A stretch of 59,864 nt of DNA, filler included, from Diploschistes diacapsis (lineage: Eukaryota), in NCBI GenBank assembly GCA_023645945.1. It is 4 parts of 4 records of this genome, joined end to end, with 100 filler letters (N's around TTAATTAATTAA, not from the genome) between each part and the next. Parts side by side here need not be neighbours in the genome. Positions count along the whole stretch, not along the records: positions 1 to 14,930 come from JALAIB010000578.1; 3 more parts are not named here. One strand, written 5' to 3'. This document shows positions 1 through 11,052 of this stretch, one piece after another (positions within the stretch are counted from its first letter, which is position 1; the number at the start of each line of letters is the position of its first letter). A program made the translations under genes and the position numbers. The notes beneath the pieces are model-generated. The model was not told where the DNA came from and searched no databases. It worked only from the letters and a program-made list of their open reading frames with translations.

Positions 1-268
1 TTAAGTCGACATTGCTGAATGTGCTCATCTTATCTGCGTGACTATACTACCCTCAGACAGTGTTCAGGAAGCTTGTCGACCGAAACAGCAATCCGAGCAC
101 GTGAGAAGTGTAGAAACTCCAAGGTCTGAGAGGTCTCCGTACTTAGAAGGGCCTTTAACGCCGACAGCGGCTTCCACATCCAACCTAGCTATTCTAATAT
201 CGCGCAAATTGACTCTCCTGTGTGAACTATTCAGTGTATTGCATATCCCCATATGCTTTAAGCTCCCA

Positions 269-927
269 TTACCGCTGGGTTTTGCTATATGGGCTACTCT
301 GCGCCGCAAGGACTGGATCCAAGCTCAGTAACGTTGTGAGATATAACATGATGAACCTGATGACGGCGGAGATAAAGCCTTGAACGGAATATGGTTGTCC
401 TGAGGAATAATTGCTGCTCTTGCTCTTTTCACTGGAACTGCCCAAAACTTGGCCGGAAGATGACGAGAAAGTGGAGGCTGCAGCTTGCTTGGCTACTTCA
501 GATACAGCTGATCTGAGCGAGTTGGGATCTGCGCCTCGAATTGTTTTGACCACTGTATCTTTCCTTAAGACTAGGAAGGTTGGCATCCTGCAGCGTGATA
601 AGTATAATAGTTAAAGGGGTAAATAGGAAGATGCTGGAGCTTACGCAGATACACCATATTTCCTGGCAACCCCCGACTCGGTGTCAACGTCGATCTTGAC
701 GAACGCAAGCCTTCCTGCTTTGGACTCTGTGCTAGACAGTTGTTCGAAAAGAGGTGCAATAGCTGATGCACCACCGTGACTTAGCTTAAGGCAATGCAGC
801 AACGTCTGGCTGGCCTACCTTTGCACGGTGCGCACCAGTCGGCGTAGAAGTCGGCTACAACATAGCTCGTTGTGCTTAGAACCCGATCGAGGTGGCTTTG
901 CGAGCTAATCTTGATAGTTTTCGACAT
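269..927 (-). CDS. Thioredoxin-like protein with a C-terminal low-complexity and hydrophobic extension (3 exons)
   Basis: ATG at 927. VVADFYADWCAPCK, then GT-AG intron, AIAPLFEQLS...AFVKIDVD...ARKYGVSA, then intron, MPTFLVLR...IRGADP. This is a classic Trx fold. The tail includes FISAVIRFIMLYLTTLLSLDP. Confidence 0.88.
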
Positions 928-1444
928 GATGCAATGGAGCAAGACCGCCTGCAGGCAGTGCACTGTATAGACTGCGCGCGTTGAGTTAGATGGTAATGTG
1001 GTGCGGTGCTGAATTGGAGGGGATACGTTGTACCAAGAATACTAACTTGAACGATACAAGATCTCCGATCACCGCGGATCAGCCACAACAAGCCACAAGC
1101 CCACTAGTACCTAGATCATCCCAATTTTCTTTTGCTTTGCATGTCTGTATCTTGCTTTCTTTCCTTCCAAGAAATCGTTCTACACCCGTAGGTACCGCAT
1201 GAGGCTGGCGGATGATACAATTTTACTATTTGAGCAAATCCAATCAACATGTTTGGCCAACCTACCTTACGGAAAGATGCATCCCAGTATATGAGAATGT
1301 CATGCAGCTCTGCTGCAGTGTGATAGGGGCAAGATCGCTATCGTGCTTGCGGCACATCATAGTAGCTAGCATGCTACCCTGAGAGCGATCATCTTGCCCT
1401 GTCAACTCTCTTCCATCGACAGTCTCGTCTGAATAGTACAAATC

Positions 1445-1906
1445 ATGAACTCAGTTGTCGAAGCATTCAACTCGCTGCCTCGTCAAGAGCTTACACCATC
1501 TGGTGTCGTATCTAATCATTGGCATTTCAGCGTTCGCCATGTACCTTTGGACCCTCCGGGTGACCTCCTTTTCATCTTGAATCCCGGAGCGCGCTACATC
1601 CATGTCGAAGGGCCCGCGCCAATACTATCAATGCCGATATCTGCGCAAGCCAGAATCATCGTTCCTTTGCTGCTCAAAGCTTTCAACGACGGCTTAGGAA
1701 ATTCTTCCTCGGCCACGAAGTTAGCGCCGTGGACGTGGTCAACAACGAGCTCGGAGCTTGCGCGCGCGGTAGAAAGTCGATTATTGGAGCTAGGTGTAAT
1801 GGGAGAGGTTGCGAAAGTTGGTTCTGGTGATACCGAAGAGGAGAAGGTGGCATCTGAGGAGTGGGAGAGATTCATGAACCAGTTGAAGTCAGTGCATCTG
1901 AGCTGA
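1445..1906 (+). CDS. Hypothetical fungal protein (153 aa)
   Basis: Intronless ORF with a good start context (ATC ATG) and globular, protein-like composition (NHWHFSVRHVPLDPPGDLLFILNP, APWTWST). Confidence 0.7.
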   Translation: MNSVVEAFNSLPRQELTPSGVVSNHWHFSVRHVPLDPPGDLLFILNPGARYIHVEGPAPILSMPISAQARIIVPLLLKAFNDGLGNSSSATKLAPWTWSTTSSELARAVESRLLELGVMGEVAKVGSGDTEEEKVASEEWERFMNQLKSVHLS

Positions 1907-2649
1907 TGCCACACGCTTGAAATCAGTCGCAGCCAAACCTTGAAAACGAGTCTAGGACTACGGCTTCCCGTCAGTCCTAATGTGAAGGTGTGAGTTGGAG
2001 AGAGCAGCGAGCGCTACAAAGATGAAAGTGTGTTATTTCTCTCCTAGCTTTGGGCATGGACTTTTCTTGTGTCCGCATTCGCTTCACTTCACTTCGCCGC
2101 CTCTGCTGAGCTAGGGCGCCTGCAAGCTACTGCTTTCCTTTTGAATTAAACAATTTTTCCAAAACTTTCCTCATGTCCTCGGCTACCTACAACTTCACTG
2201 ACCGGTTGCCTGGATCGAGCTTCGTTGAAGGCCGCAGTGGTAAAGACCTGGACCTTGAAACGTCGGAGTCTTCTCTCTATTGGTGACTCACAACGTCCCA
2301 AATTCCAATTCCGGATATATCGCGCCGGATTTAGCCCAGGCCTATGTCCGTAGACCTAGCCGCGAGAAGAGGAACTTTCGCCCTGACTTAAGAGCTTGCA
2401 CCGAGTCTTTGCTCAGAACATCCTGGCGCTTGTTGTCTAGTGCCTATGGAGTCTTGAGTTCGAGGTTTTCTGGCAGCTTTCTATGCCGATAGGTAATCTA
2501 ATCCTTATGTGACGCCATACACCGGTCATATTTGACCGTATCTCGATGTCTATGTACGATGTTAAGTATATGTTGCTCCTTTTGACTCCTCCGTTTATTT
2601 CGCCTTCAAACCTTTCCAAATCATATACATAGCCTATTTTAAAGCGATC

Positions 2650-3648
2650 ATGGCAAAAGATAACTTTGGTGCCAGTCTTATGTCACAGCAGCACAATGAT
2701 ACATATCCTTTGATTGATCCTACAAATGCAGATCTTTCAGGGAAATACGTGTTCATCAGCGGAGTGTCAAAGGGGATCGGCAAAGCTCTTGCAATCTCCT
2801 ACGCTCAGGCAGGAGCAGCTGGTATTGCTCTTGGCGCTCGTTCCGACCTCAGCAGTCTCGAAAACGAGGTTTTAGATGCTGCAAAGAAGGCTAATCGGAA
2901 GGAGCCTAAGATATTGAAGCTCTGGCTGGACGTTACTGCTCTAGATAGTACTCAAGCGGCAGCCAAGGCAACAGAGTGTGCTTTCGGTAAGCTCGACATC
3001 TTAATCAACAACGCAGGGTATCTTGCATCATGGGCGAAGATGACTGAGGCGGATCCTGACGAATGGTGGAAGACTTGGGAAGTCAACGTCAAAGGTAAGC
3101 AATCTTCCGGCTTACCTGGCGCGAATACGACTAAATCCATCTGAAGGAATCTTCTATGTTAAGAGAGCGTTCATTCCACTCATGCTCAAGGGCGGTGACA
3201 AGACCATCATCAATGTAACCAGCATAGGTGCACTTCACGTCCATCCAGGGGCTTCAAGCTATCAACCCTCCAAGCTGGCAGTTTGTCGCCTTACCGAGTT
3301 CGCTTGTGAAGAGTTTGGCGAGGAAGGATTGTTGTGCTATTGTGTTCACCCGGGAGGAGGTAAGCGCTTGTCCATTGTTGGTCGTTCGGCAGGTGTAGCT
3401 TCGGTCAGCAAGCTGACCGAGTCCTGGTAGTGCCTACGGAACTAGCACACAATATGCCCAAGGCCATGCATACCCTTCTCGTCGATACCGCTGAACTAGC
3501 CGCTGATACGATGGTTTTTCTTACCGCAGAAAAGCGCGATTGGTTGGCAGGACGCTACCTCAGTTGCACTTGGGATATGGGACAACTTCTGCAAAGAAAG
3601 GACGAGATAGCCAAGAGTGAATCGCTCAAGATTAGGCTCCTTGTCTAA
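2650..3648 (+). CDS. Short-chain dehydrogenase/reductase (3 exons)
   Basis: SGVSKGIG Rossmann motif, DILINNAG and catalytic YQPSK (YxxxK). Introns at about 3095-3146 and 3360-3430 restore the frame. Confidence 0.92.
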
Positions 3649-4203
3649 ACTGCATCGTTGGCGTTCCAAGTTGTTGTTGAAGCTCGGTAATATAGGTGCT
3701 TCTTTAAAAAGAACCAGTACCCGCAATACCCACTAACACGGCCTCAAGCTCGGACCTTCGTATCTCATACGAATCATTAGTGCTCAAACCCCAAAACTTT
3801 CTAGCCATGTTCTCCGCTCGCAAGATCAGGTAGCAAGTAGCAAAGATATGCTAAGGATATTCTCGAAGTCTCGTTCCAATACAGTACTACGTGCTTTCAC
3901 TTGGCAGCAAGTCCGACAATAAACGGTTATAGAATCCGTAGAATACTGATTTACGCCTTGCTCTTTAATAAGCGAGTTATCATGTATCTATAACGTATCA
4001 GTAGATACTATCGTATCGCACTTCCCAAGACTTTCATGCCTTCCCGGAAACTCAATGTCACGGGAATTTCAACTTCCCTCCGTATGGTTTAAGCATCATG
4101 TCAGTGCCTGTTTAGTAGCTCGAAGCATGCAAGTATATTTACAAGTCATTACAAGTCAGAATTCGCAATACCTAGATCACTGCACTCTAGTAGCTCCATC
4201 ACC

Positions 4204-5055
4204 ATGACTACATCTAACCTTGATGATCCGCCGAGGTCTCACTCACTATTCGCACCGTAAGCTCATCCGGTAACGACACCTCCTTTATAACTAACCGCGC
4301 TCTCAGCGGGCACTTTATAGATTACGTCCTGTCACTCCCCTCCATCAAGAGCATCTGGGAAGCCCATGTCCGCCATCCTTTCGTCCTTGGGCTCGGCTCC
4401 GGAACCTTGCCCATAGAGAGCTTTCGATACTATCTGACTCAAGATTACATCTTCCTTGAGCATTACGCCAGGGCCATCTGCGTGTCCGCTGCCAAGGCAC
4501 CGTCTTTGCCAGAGGTCTTTACTCAAGCCGAAAATGTGCTCTCGATTCGCGATGAGCTGAAGATGCACATATCATACTGCGCTGAGCACTTCGGTCTTTC
4601 AGAGTCGGAAATGACGGCTACGAAAGAAGATCCAGCGTGTAGGAAGTATACAGACTTCGTCCGGGAGACTGGGGAGCGAGAGGACTGGTTGTCAATGCAG
4701 GTAGCGTTGGCGCCATGCATGTATGGGTATATGGTCATTGGTGAGTACCTCACCGGCTGGGAAGGCAGTGTAAAAGGGAAAGAGAACCGGTATTGGAGTT
4801 GGGTGGAACAGTATGCAGGAAACGAGGCTGCGGAGGCAGCGAAGAAGAGTATAGAGTTGTTGGAGAGACATGCCGCACATCAAGCACCCGAAAGAATCGA
4901 GAAGCTCGTAGATATTTTTAGACAAGCAGCCGAGGTCCAATGCTGTCCTTCCACTTTCGTTGTCACCACTGACCTTTCACCAGCTTGAGATTGGGTTTTG
5001 GGACATGGGACTACAGAGGCATCTGACAGCAGAACGGCCGCATGCGAGTCAGTAG
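4204..5055 (+). CDS. Stand-alone TenA/THI-4 family protein (thiaminase II / aminopyrimidine aminohydrolase-like; 3 exons)
   Basis: Spliced product reads FAPGHFIDY...HPFVLGLGSGTLPIESFRYYLTQDYIFLEHYARA...ALAPCMYGY...YWSWVEQY...LEIGFWDMG. Introns at about 4257-4306 and 4935-4983. Confidence 0.88.
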
Positions 5056-5213
5056 CCCCAGTCTCCATCTGGCGAAGGGCTTACTGTCACAACGATCGCG
5101 TAGGGAGGCTTCTCAGTACCTGAATTCTCGATGCCAGCTTCTCCAGATATGAAGCAAAATGCTCGTAACCTCGAGAAGCCGGCATTGCTTTAATGTTGAA
5201 TGCCAGAGGCTCA

Positions 5214-6032
5214 TCACCAAGGCAGCTGATATCCATCACGGTGCCAGAAAGTCCCTGTACTTTCCTTTCCTTTGGCCTTACCTATACTCCACAAGCCTTT
5301 CGCTGCGACGTCTGGTTCCACCGATCCTTGAACGCCGTGGTTCTCCGGTACGAGGTTCGTGTTGACGATCCCGGGATGCAAGATTAACACAGTTACGCCC
5401 TTGTCTCTCAAGTCAACCGACATGCTCTTTGAAATAGAATTCAGCGCTGCTTTGCTGGCCCTGTAGGCATAGGATCCCCCAGAGGAATTGTCGCCCATGG
5501 AGCCAACTCTCGAGGAGACATTGTATATCCTTGGATTCTCTGCACGGAGAATGTTTGGAAGAAGCGCTTGGGTCAAGATAAGTGGACCATAGGTGTTAGT
5601 AGAAAATGTTTCCTGCAAGGTTCTGATGTCAACGTTTCCTAATTTGTCTCGCTCTCCAGAGACCAGCACACCTGACAGGGATAGTTATTATACGAAGCCT
5701 TGGGATGAAAGAGACCTTTGAGAGGTGAGTGTTGAGAACGACATTCACCTGCGACATTAAATAGTATATCAACCGTCCGCTCTCCCAAATTTTGTTTCAA
5801 CGATGCTACTGAATCCGGATTGCCCACGTCGAGCTGGACAACGTGTGCATCAAGTGTCTGTATGGGGCCCGTCGTAGTAATATCGCATGCATAAACTTCG
5901 TATCCCTATGCAAATCAGCTTACTGCTTCGAACGTATGCAGTCAATAGCATCAGCATTACATCTTGAATAAGAATCTTTGCCAAGGCGTTACCGATGCCA
6001 GAATTGGCCCCAGTGAGTACCGCGGTGAGCAT
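5214..6032 (-). CDS. CsgA/C-factor-like short-chain dehydrogenase (3 exons)
   Basis: TGANSGIG, NVAG, SSRVGSMGDNSSGGSYAYRASKAALN, LHPGIVNT and a C-terminal G..LPW typical of the C-factor SDR subgroup. Confidence 0.9.
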
Positions 6033-6691
6033 CGTTATACCAGCGATTGTCACTCTTTCACAGGATATCCTGCTACTTTGTGGGGATCAATCCCAACTGA
6101 GCTCTTAAAGATGATTGAAACAATGCACATACCTACGAAGCGAAAACCTATGAATGACGACAGCATGAAGTTATTAGAAGAGGGGTTACCCTGTTGAATC
6201 CCCAGTCCTCATCGCGGTATAGAAATCTTATGGAACGACAAAACAAACAATTTGACATGAACATCGATGCTGTTGGATTTCAAGCTTATAGGTAACAAAG
6301 TATATATATATAGGAAAGATCAGATTCAACATACAATTTCCGGTTTAGTGATCGTTGCGGCCAAGTTTCAGCAACCACAGAATATGTGACTAGCTACTTG
6401 AGATGAACTTGAAAAGAAACGACTTTGGTTACCAAGAATCCCAAAAGCTATCAGATTCTCACATAGTTGGTGTCAAAAAAACTGCGTTCAGTGTTCGCGA
6501 CAATGATCTACTTTCGACATTAAGTAGCCTTTCGCTCTGGCTGCGGAATCAAACAGCTTCTTCCGTGGCGTGAAGGTCTCAAAGAGAAAGGAAGAACTGA
6601 TTTATGGTAGAACATGGATAGTAGCTCGATATGAGACAGCCAAGCGCTGTCCGCAATACAGTTCAACTTACGCTCTTTATTCAACTGGGAG

Positions 6692-7975
6692 TCATTCCTG
6701 TGACACTCTATGCTCTCTTTTGCTTTGCTTTTTGCTCTTTCCCTTCTTGACCGATTCCAGTATAACTGTTCGGGCTTTCGCTTCGTCTTCTTCAGTCCAA
6801 GCCATGGGCAGGGTAGCAAAGACAAGATAAGAGGTATGTGTCTTCAGTTCAGATTCCACACGGTGGGTAATTTCGCCTTCAACATGCAGCTTCCGGCTAG
6901 ACTGAGTATCCCTTATACTTGCCAATCGCTTCTCCTTAGTCTGCCAATCGTCCCCTTCGACGTTTCGAATTCGTCGTTCAATATCTCTAAGCTTCGTGAC
7001 AGCCTCATCAACTGACGCGGCACTAGCATTGACACCTCTTAACCCCTCTTCATGAAGTCCGACACGATCCCTTCTGACCTCTATCCTTTTCCCTGTAATT
7101 TCTACAGTCTCGACATCGAGCCAACCACAGTCTCGTAATTCGACGACCGTCCTCTGTACCTGTTCAATGCATGGTGAAAATGTACATATTCGAACTGCTA
7201 CTGTTGGATCGAGGGGACCCTCTCTAGTCAGGTGCTTAAGGGCGAGCCATGGAGCCGGCAGATCCAGGAACACTGAGTTCGCCTTAACACTCCTGACTGC
7301 AAAGCCTGCTTCGCAGACGTCCCTATGATGAATATCGACGAGATCTTCGAGCCCATGATCATGGATTTCTTGCTTCAATTTTTCGTACCGCTGCTGATGA
7401 AACTCAAAGGACAAAACTTTACCACCAGAGCCACGGGCTGCTCTTGCAGCAGCATGTGTGAAGGATCCGCTACCAGCACCAGCTTCGATGATCGTCGAAC
7501 CTGGTCGCGCACGTAGTCGTTGTAGGATGTAGCTGGCATCATGCATGTAAACAACTTGAGTGCGATGAGGCAATGAGGCTGTCCAGCTCTCTGGAGTAGG
7601 AGGTAAGAGATGTACAAAGCCCGAGTTTGCTAGTGTGGGTGCTTTGCAAGCGCCCCCATCCTGCTTTTCGGCATCTTGCAGCGAGCCGTCCTCCCTCTTC
7701 CTTTTTTTCCTTCCATGACCTCTAGATCCAGTATCCACATTCGAGGCTCGAACCTGGGAGCCCCATGGAACACCAATAAGGGTGCTATGGGGGAACGATC
7801 CGAACCGTGTGTTGGTGACCTTTCCCTCTTCGTATCCTTCCTCGTTCTCATCGTGAGTGCGCAGTAAGACGGAAACTTTGAGATCCCGCTTGAGATGAAG
7901 GACCGATAGATCACCGGGAGTTGCACAGATACCCCGATCAAAGAAGGTTGAACGTGGTGAAGATGCGGTGCTCAT
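6692..7975 (-). CDS. TRM61: tRNA (adenine58-N1)-methyltransferase catalytic subunit
   Basis: TRFGSFPHSTLIG, LPHRTQVVY, EAGAGSGSFTH, VFLDLPAPW, FSPCIEQV and HTSYLVFA motifs. Intronless, 427 aa. Confidence 0.96.
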   Translation of the reverse strand: MSTASSPRSTFFDRGICATPGDLSVLHLKRDLKVSVLLRTHDENEEGYEEGKVTNTRFGSFPHSTLIGVPWGSQVRASNVDTGSRGHGRKKRKREDGSLQDAEKQDGGACKAPTLANSGFVHLLPPTPESWTASLPHRTQVVYMHDASYILQRLRARPGSTIIEAGAGSGSFTHAAARAARGSGGKVLSFEFHQQRYEKLKQEIHDHGLEDLVDIHHRDVCEAGFAVRSVKANSVFLDLPAPWLALKHLTREGPLDPTVAVRICTFSPCIEQVQRTVVELRDCGWLDVETVEITGKRIEVRRDRVGLHEEGLRGVNASAASVDEAVTKLRDIERRIRNVEGDDWQTKEKRLASIRDTQSSRKLHVEGEITHRVESELKTHTSYLVFATLPMAWTEEDEAKARTVILESVKKGKSKKQSKREHRVSQE

Positions 7976-8391
7976 GGCTAATCCAGTATAGCTTCCAGGT
8001 CTTCAATATTGAGTTCTCTTTTAATATCTCTTTACACGTTGACGTGAATGCGCTTTGGGTAGCAGGAATTAGGCTGATGATAGATCCGAGGCACGTACAA
8101 AGGTCAGTATCAATGCATCCCCACGAGCTCAGAGCGAAGATTCAATTCTCAGATCTGTAATTAGGTAGCACGGATGCTCAAACATTACCTTTGAGACTGA
8201 TGTACTTTTGAGTCTGGTGAGAGTAATCTCAGGGAGCGGATTGATTTCTGTGAGTATAAATCGGATTTTGACTTTGACGTTCGATTGAGCCTTAGTGGGG
8301 AAGGGTTTTTTCTTCTTAAGCTTCCAATCCCAAGCTCTCTAGTACTATAGTGCCGACAAAGGCGCGCATTGCGGTCGTGTCCGTCATATTG

Positions 8392-11014
8392 ATGAACTTT
8401 GCTACCAGGCTCAAGGTGCAAAGCTGCTACTCTTGCTACCGCCCCTTTCGAGGTTTCACCGTCGTTTCCTACAAAATGGCCACTACAACACGAGAGCAGC
8501 CGCCATGGAAGCAACCTTCAGCCACGGATCCACAGGCAAAGCTACCGCCATTAAAGATATACAACTCCCTTACTCGCACGAAGACATCTTTTATTCCAAT
8601 CAAGTCAAAGTCTCGGGAGGTTTCCTGGTATGTCTGTGGACCTACCGTCTACGACGATGCCCATCTGGGCCATGCGCGAAACTATGTTACCACAGACATT
8701 ATCCGGCGAGTACTGCGGGATTACTTCCACTTCAAGCTTAAGTTTGTCATGAACATTACCGACGTAGATGACAAGGTACGATTTGCAATGGCTGGGGAGG
8801 GTGAGCGCTGACATTCAGCCAGTAGATCATACTTCGCGGCCGTCAGCAGCACCTGCTAGCGGATTTCATCTCGGAGAATTCTGACTCCAGAGAGAGAGCT
8901 ATTGAGGCGGTACAGGAAGGTCTTAAGGATTATATTCGGAAAAACCTTCCTCTTGTCGATCCAGATACTCCACTGGCTGGAGTTGACGAGGCGATTTCCA
9001 CGCGATATGGAAAGGTCCTCCAGGGGAAATCTCTGGATAGCGCAGCTCCAGGAGATAGGGAAGCTAAACTGAAGATGCACATCAATACTGTCACCACAGC
9101 TTCAATGGCCTTGAAAGACCCTACCATTGTCATGCAGGATTTCTACGCGAAAACGCAGGATGTCTTGTTGCCGTATCTCGACTCCTTGCACGGACATTCG
9201 ATCAATGCTGACGATCATTCCATTTTCACCCAGCTCACCCAAAAGTACGAGCAGAGATTCATGGCAGATCTTCGAGCTCTCAACTGCTTGGATCCTGACG
9301 TAGTGACTAGGGTGACTGAGTACGGTCCCAAAATCGTACGCTTTGTGGAGACAATACAGAAACACGGCTTTGCGTACAATACAAGCGATGGATCTGTGTA
9401 TTTCGATGTCGAAGCGTTTGAAGCGGCGAACAATCGCTATCCAAGGTTAGAGCCTTGGAGTCGGAATGACAAAGGTCGTCAGGAGGAAGGAGAAGGCTCC
9501 CTGACCCAGAAGACCACCGAGAAGAAGTCCAACTCAGATTTTGCGTTATGGAAAGCCTCTAGACCTGGCGAGCCTAGCTGGTCGAGTCCGTGGGGTAAAG
9601 GTAGACCGGGCTGGCACATCGAGTGCAGTGCAATGGCGTCCGACCAGATCGGACGCCACATCGACATTCATTCGGGGGGTATTGATCTCGCATTTCCTCA
9701 TCATGACAATGAAATAGCGCAGAGCGAGGCATATTGGTCAGACCATAGTCACCACGAGCAACATCAATGGATAAATTATTTCATGCACATGGGCCACCTC
9801 TCCATCGCAGGATCCAAAATGTCTAAATCTTTGAAGAACTTTACTAGTATACGGGAGGCTCTGAGCAGAGGCGACTGGAATTCCCGAAGTCTTCGTGTCG
9901 TGTTTTTACACGGTTACTGGAGGGATGGTATTGAGATTACAGACTCCTTGGTCAAGGAGAGTACAAGTTGGGAGGAAAAGATCAACGTGAGGCTAGCCGA
10001 AGAAGCTACCACAATATGCTGACGCTTATACAGAATTTTTTCATCAAAGCGATTGACATTCTTGAGCAGTCAACTGGATCAGAAGCTGAAGAGTCACAGT
10101 CTTCGTTAGGGTCTTCGCTAGAAAAAGCCAAACGTGATGCTTACGATGCGCTATGCGATTCCTTCAACACAAAGCTTGTGATGCAAGTGGTATCAGATCT
10201 AGTAACGGCGTTCAACACCATAGACAGGCCATCGTTAAACGCCGCAGACGTACGATCTGTTGCTCAGTGGATAACTTATATGGTCAACATGTTTGGCCTA
10301 AACGAGTCTGCCCCTGCGGATTCCACCTCAATCGGCTGGGCAGGCAGCTCCATCCCCGAAGCCGCCAAGCCGTACATCTACCCCCTCTCCAGGATCCGTG
10401 ACGAGTTACGCCGAAAAGCCCGCTCGTCGACCGGCATCACCGCCAAAGACCTTCCCACCGTTACCCTCCCACCAGATGCGGCACTAGACAGTTCCGGCAA
10501 ATCCTATGCCGACATCTTCTCGAACTTCACCGCCTCCGTCCGCAGCCTCGCCTCCACCTCATCCTCGACCTCGGACGCGCAATCCCAATCCCAACCTCAA
10601 CCCCAGGACATCTCGAAGGCCGTTCTCCAACTCTGCGATCGCCTCCGGGACGTCGATCTCTGGGACCAAGGCATCTACCTCGAGGACAGTACGACCCCGG
10701 ACGCATCTGCCGTCGTAAGACCCGTGACGCGAGAACTACTGGCCGCAAGACAGGAGCGGGAGCAGCGCGAGTTGGCCAAGCAGAAGGCGAAGGAGGAGCG
10801 CGAGAAGGAAGCGACAGCGAAGGCGGAAAGGGGCAAGCTGAGCCATCTGCAGATGTTCCGTACCAACGAGTTCAGCGCGTGGGACGACATGGGTCTTCCG
10901 CTGAAGGACGTGGAAGGGAAAGAGGTGGCCAAGAGTCGGGCGAAGAAGTTGAAGAAGGATTGGGAGAAGCAGAAGAAGCTGCACGAGGTTTGGTTAGCAA
11001 GCCAAGGGAAGTGA
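8392..11014 (+). CDS. CRS1: Cysteinyl-tRNA synthetase (3 exons; alternative start at 8476)
   Basis: WYVCGPTVYDDAHLGHARNY (HIGH-like), MNITDVDDK, GRPGWHIECSAM, HSGGIDLAFPHHDNEIAQ and KMSKS. Introns at 8776-8825 and 9988-10033. Confidence 0.97.
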
Positions 11015-11052
11015 TAAAGTCCTGTTTGTTTTTTGCTATGTACAAGTAGTCA

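Noticed and set aside
240..300. Selenocysteine read-through in the thioredoxin tail
   Set aside because: The stop is TAA, not TGA, and Dikarya lack the Sec machinery.
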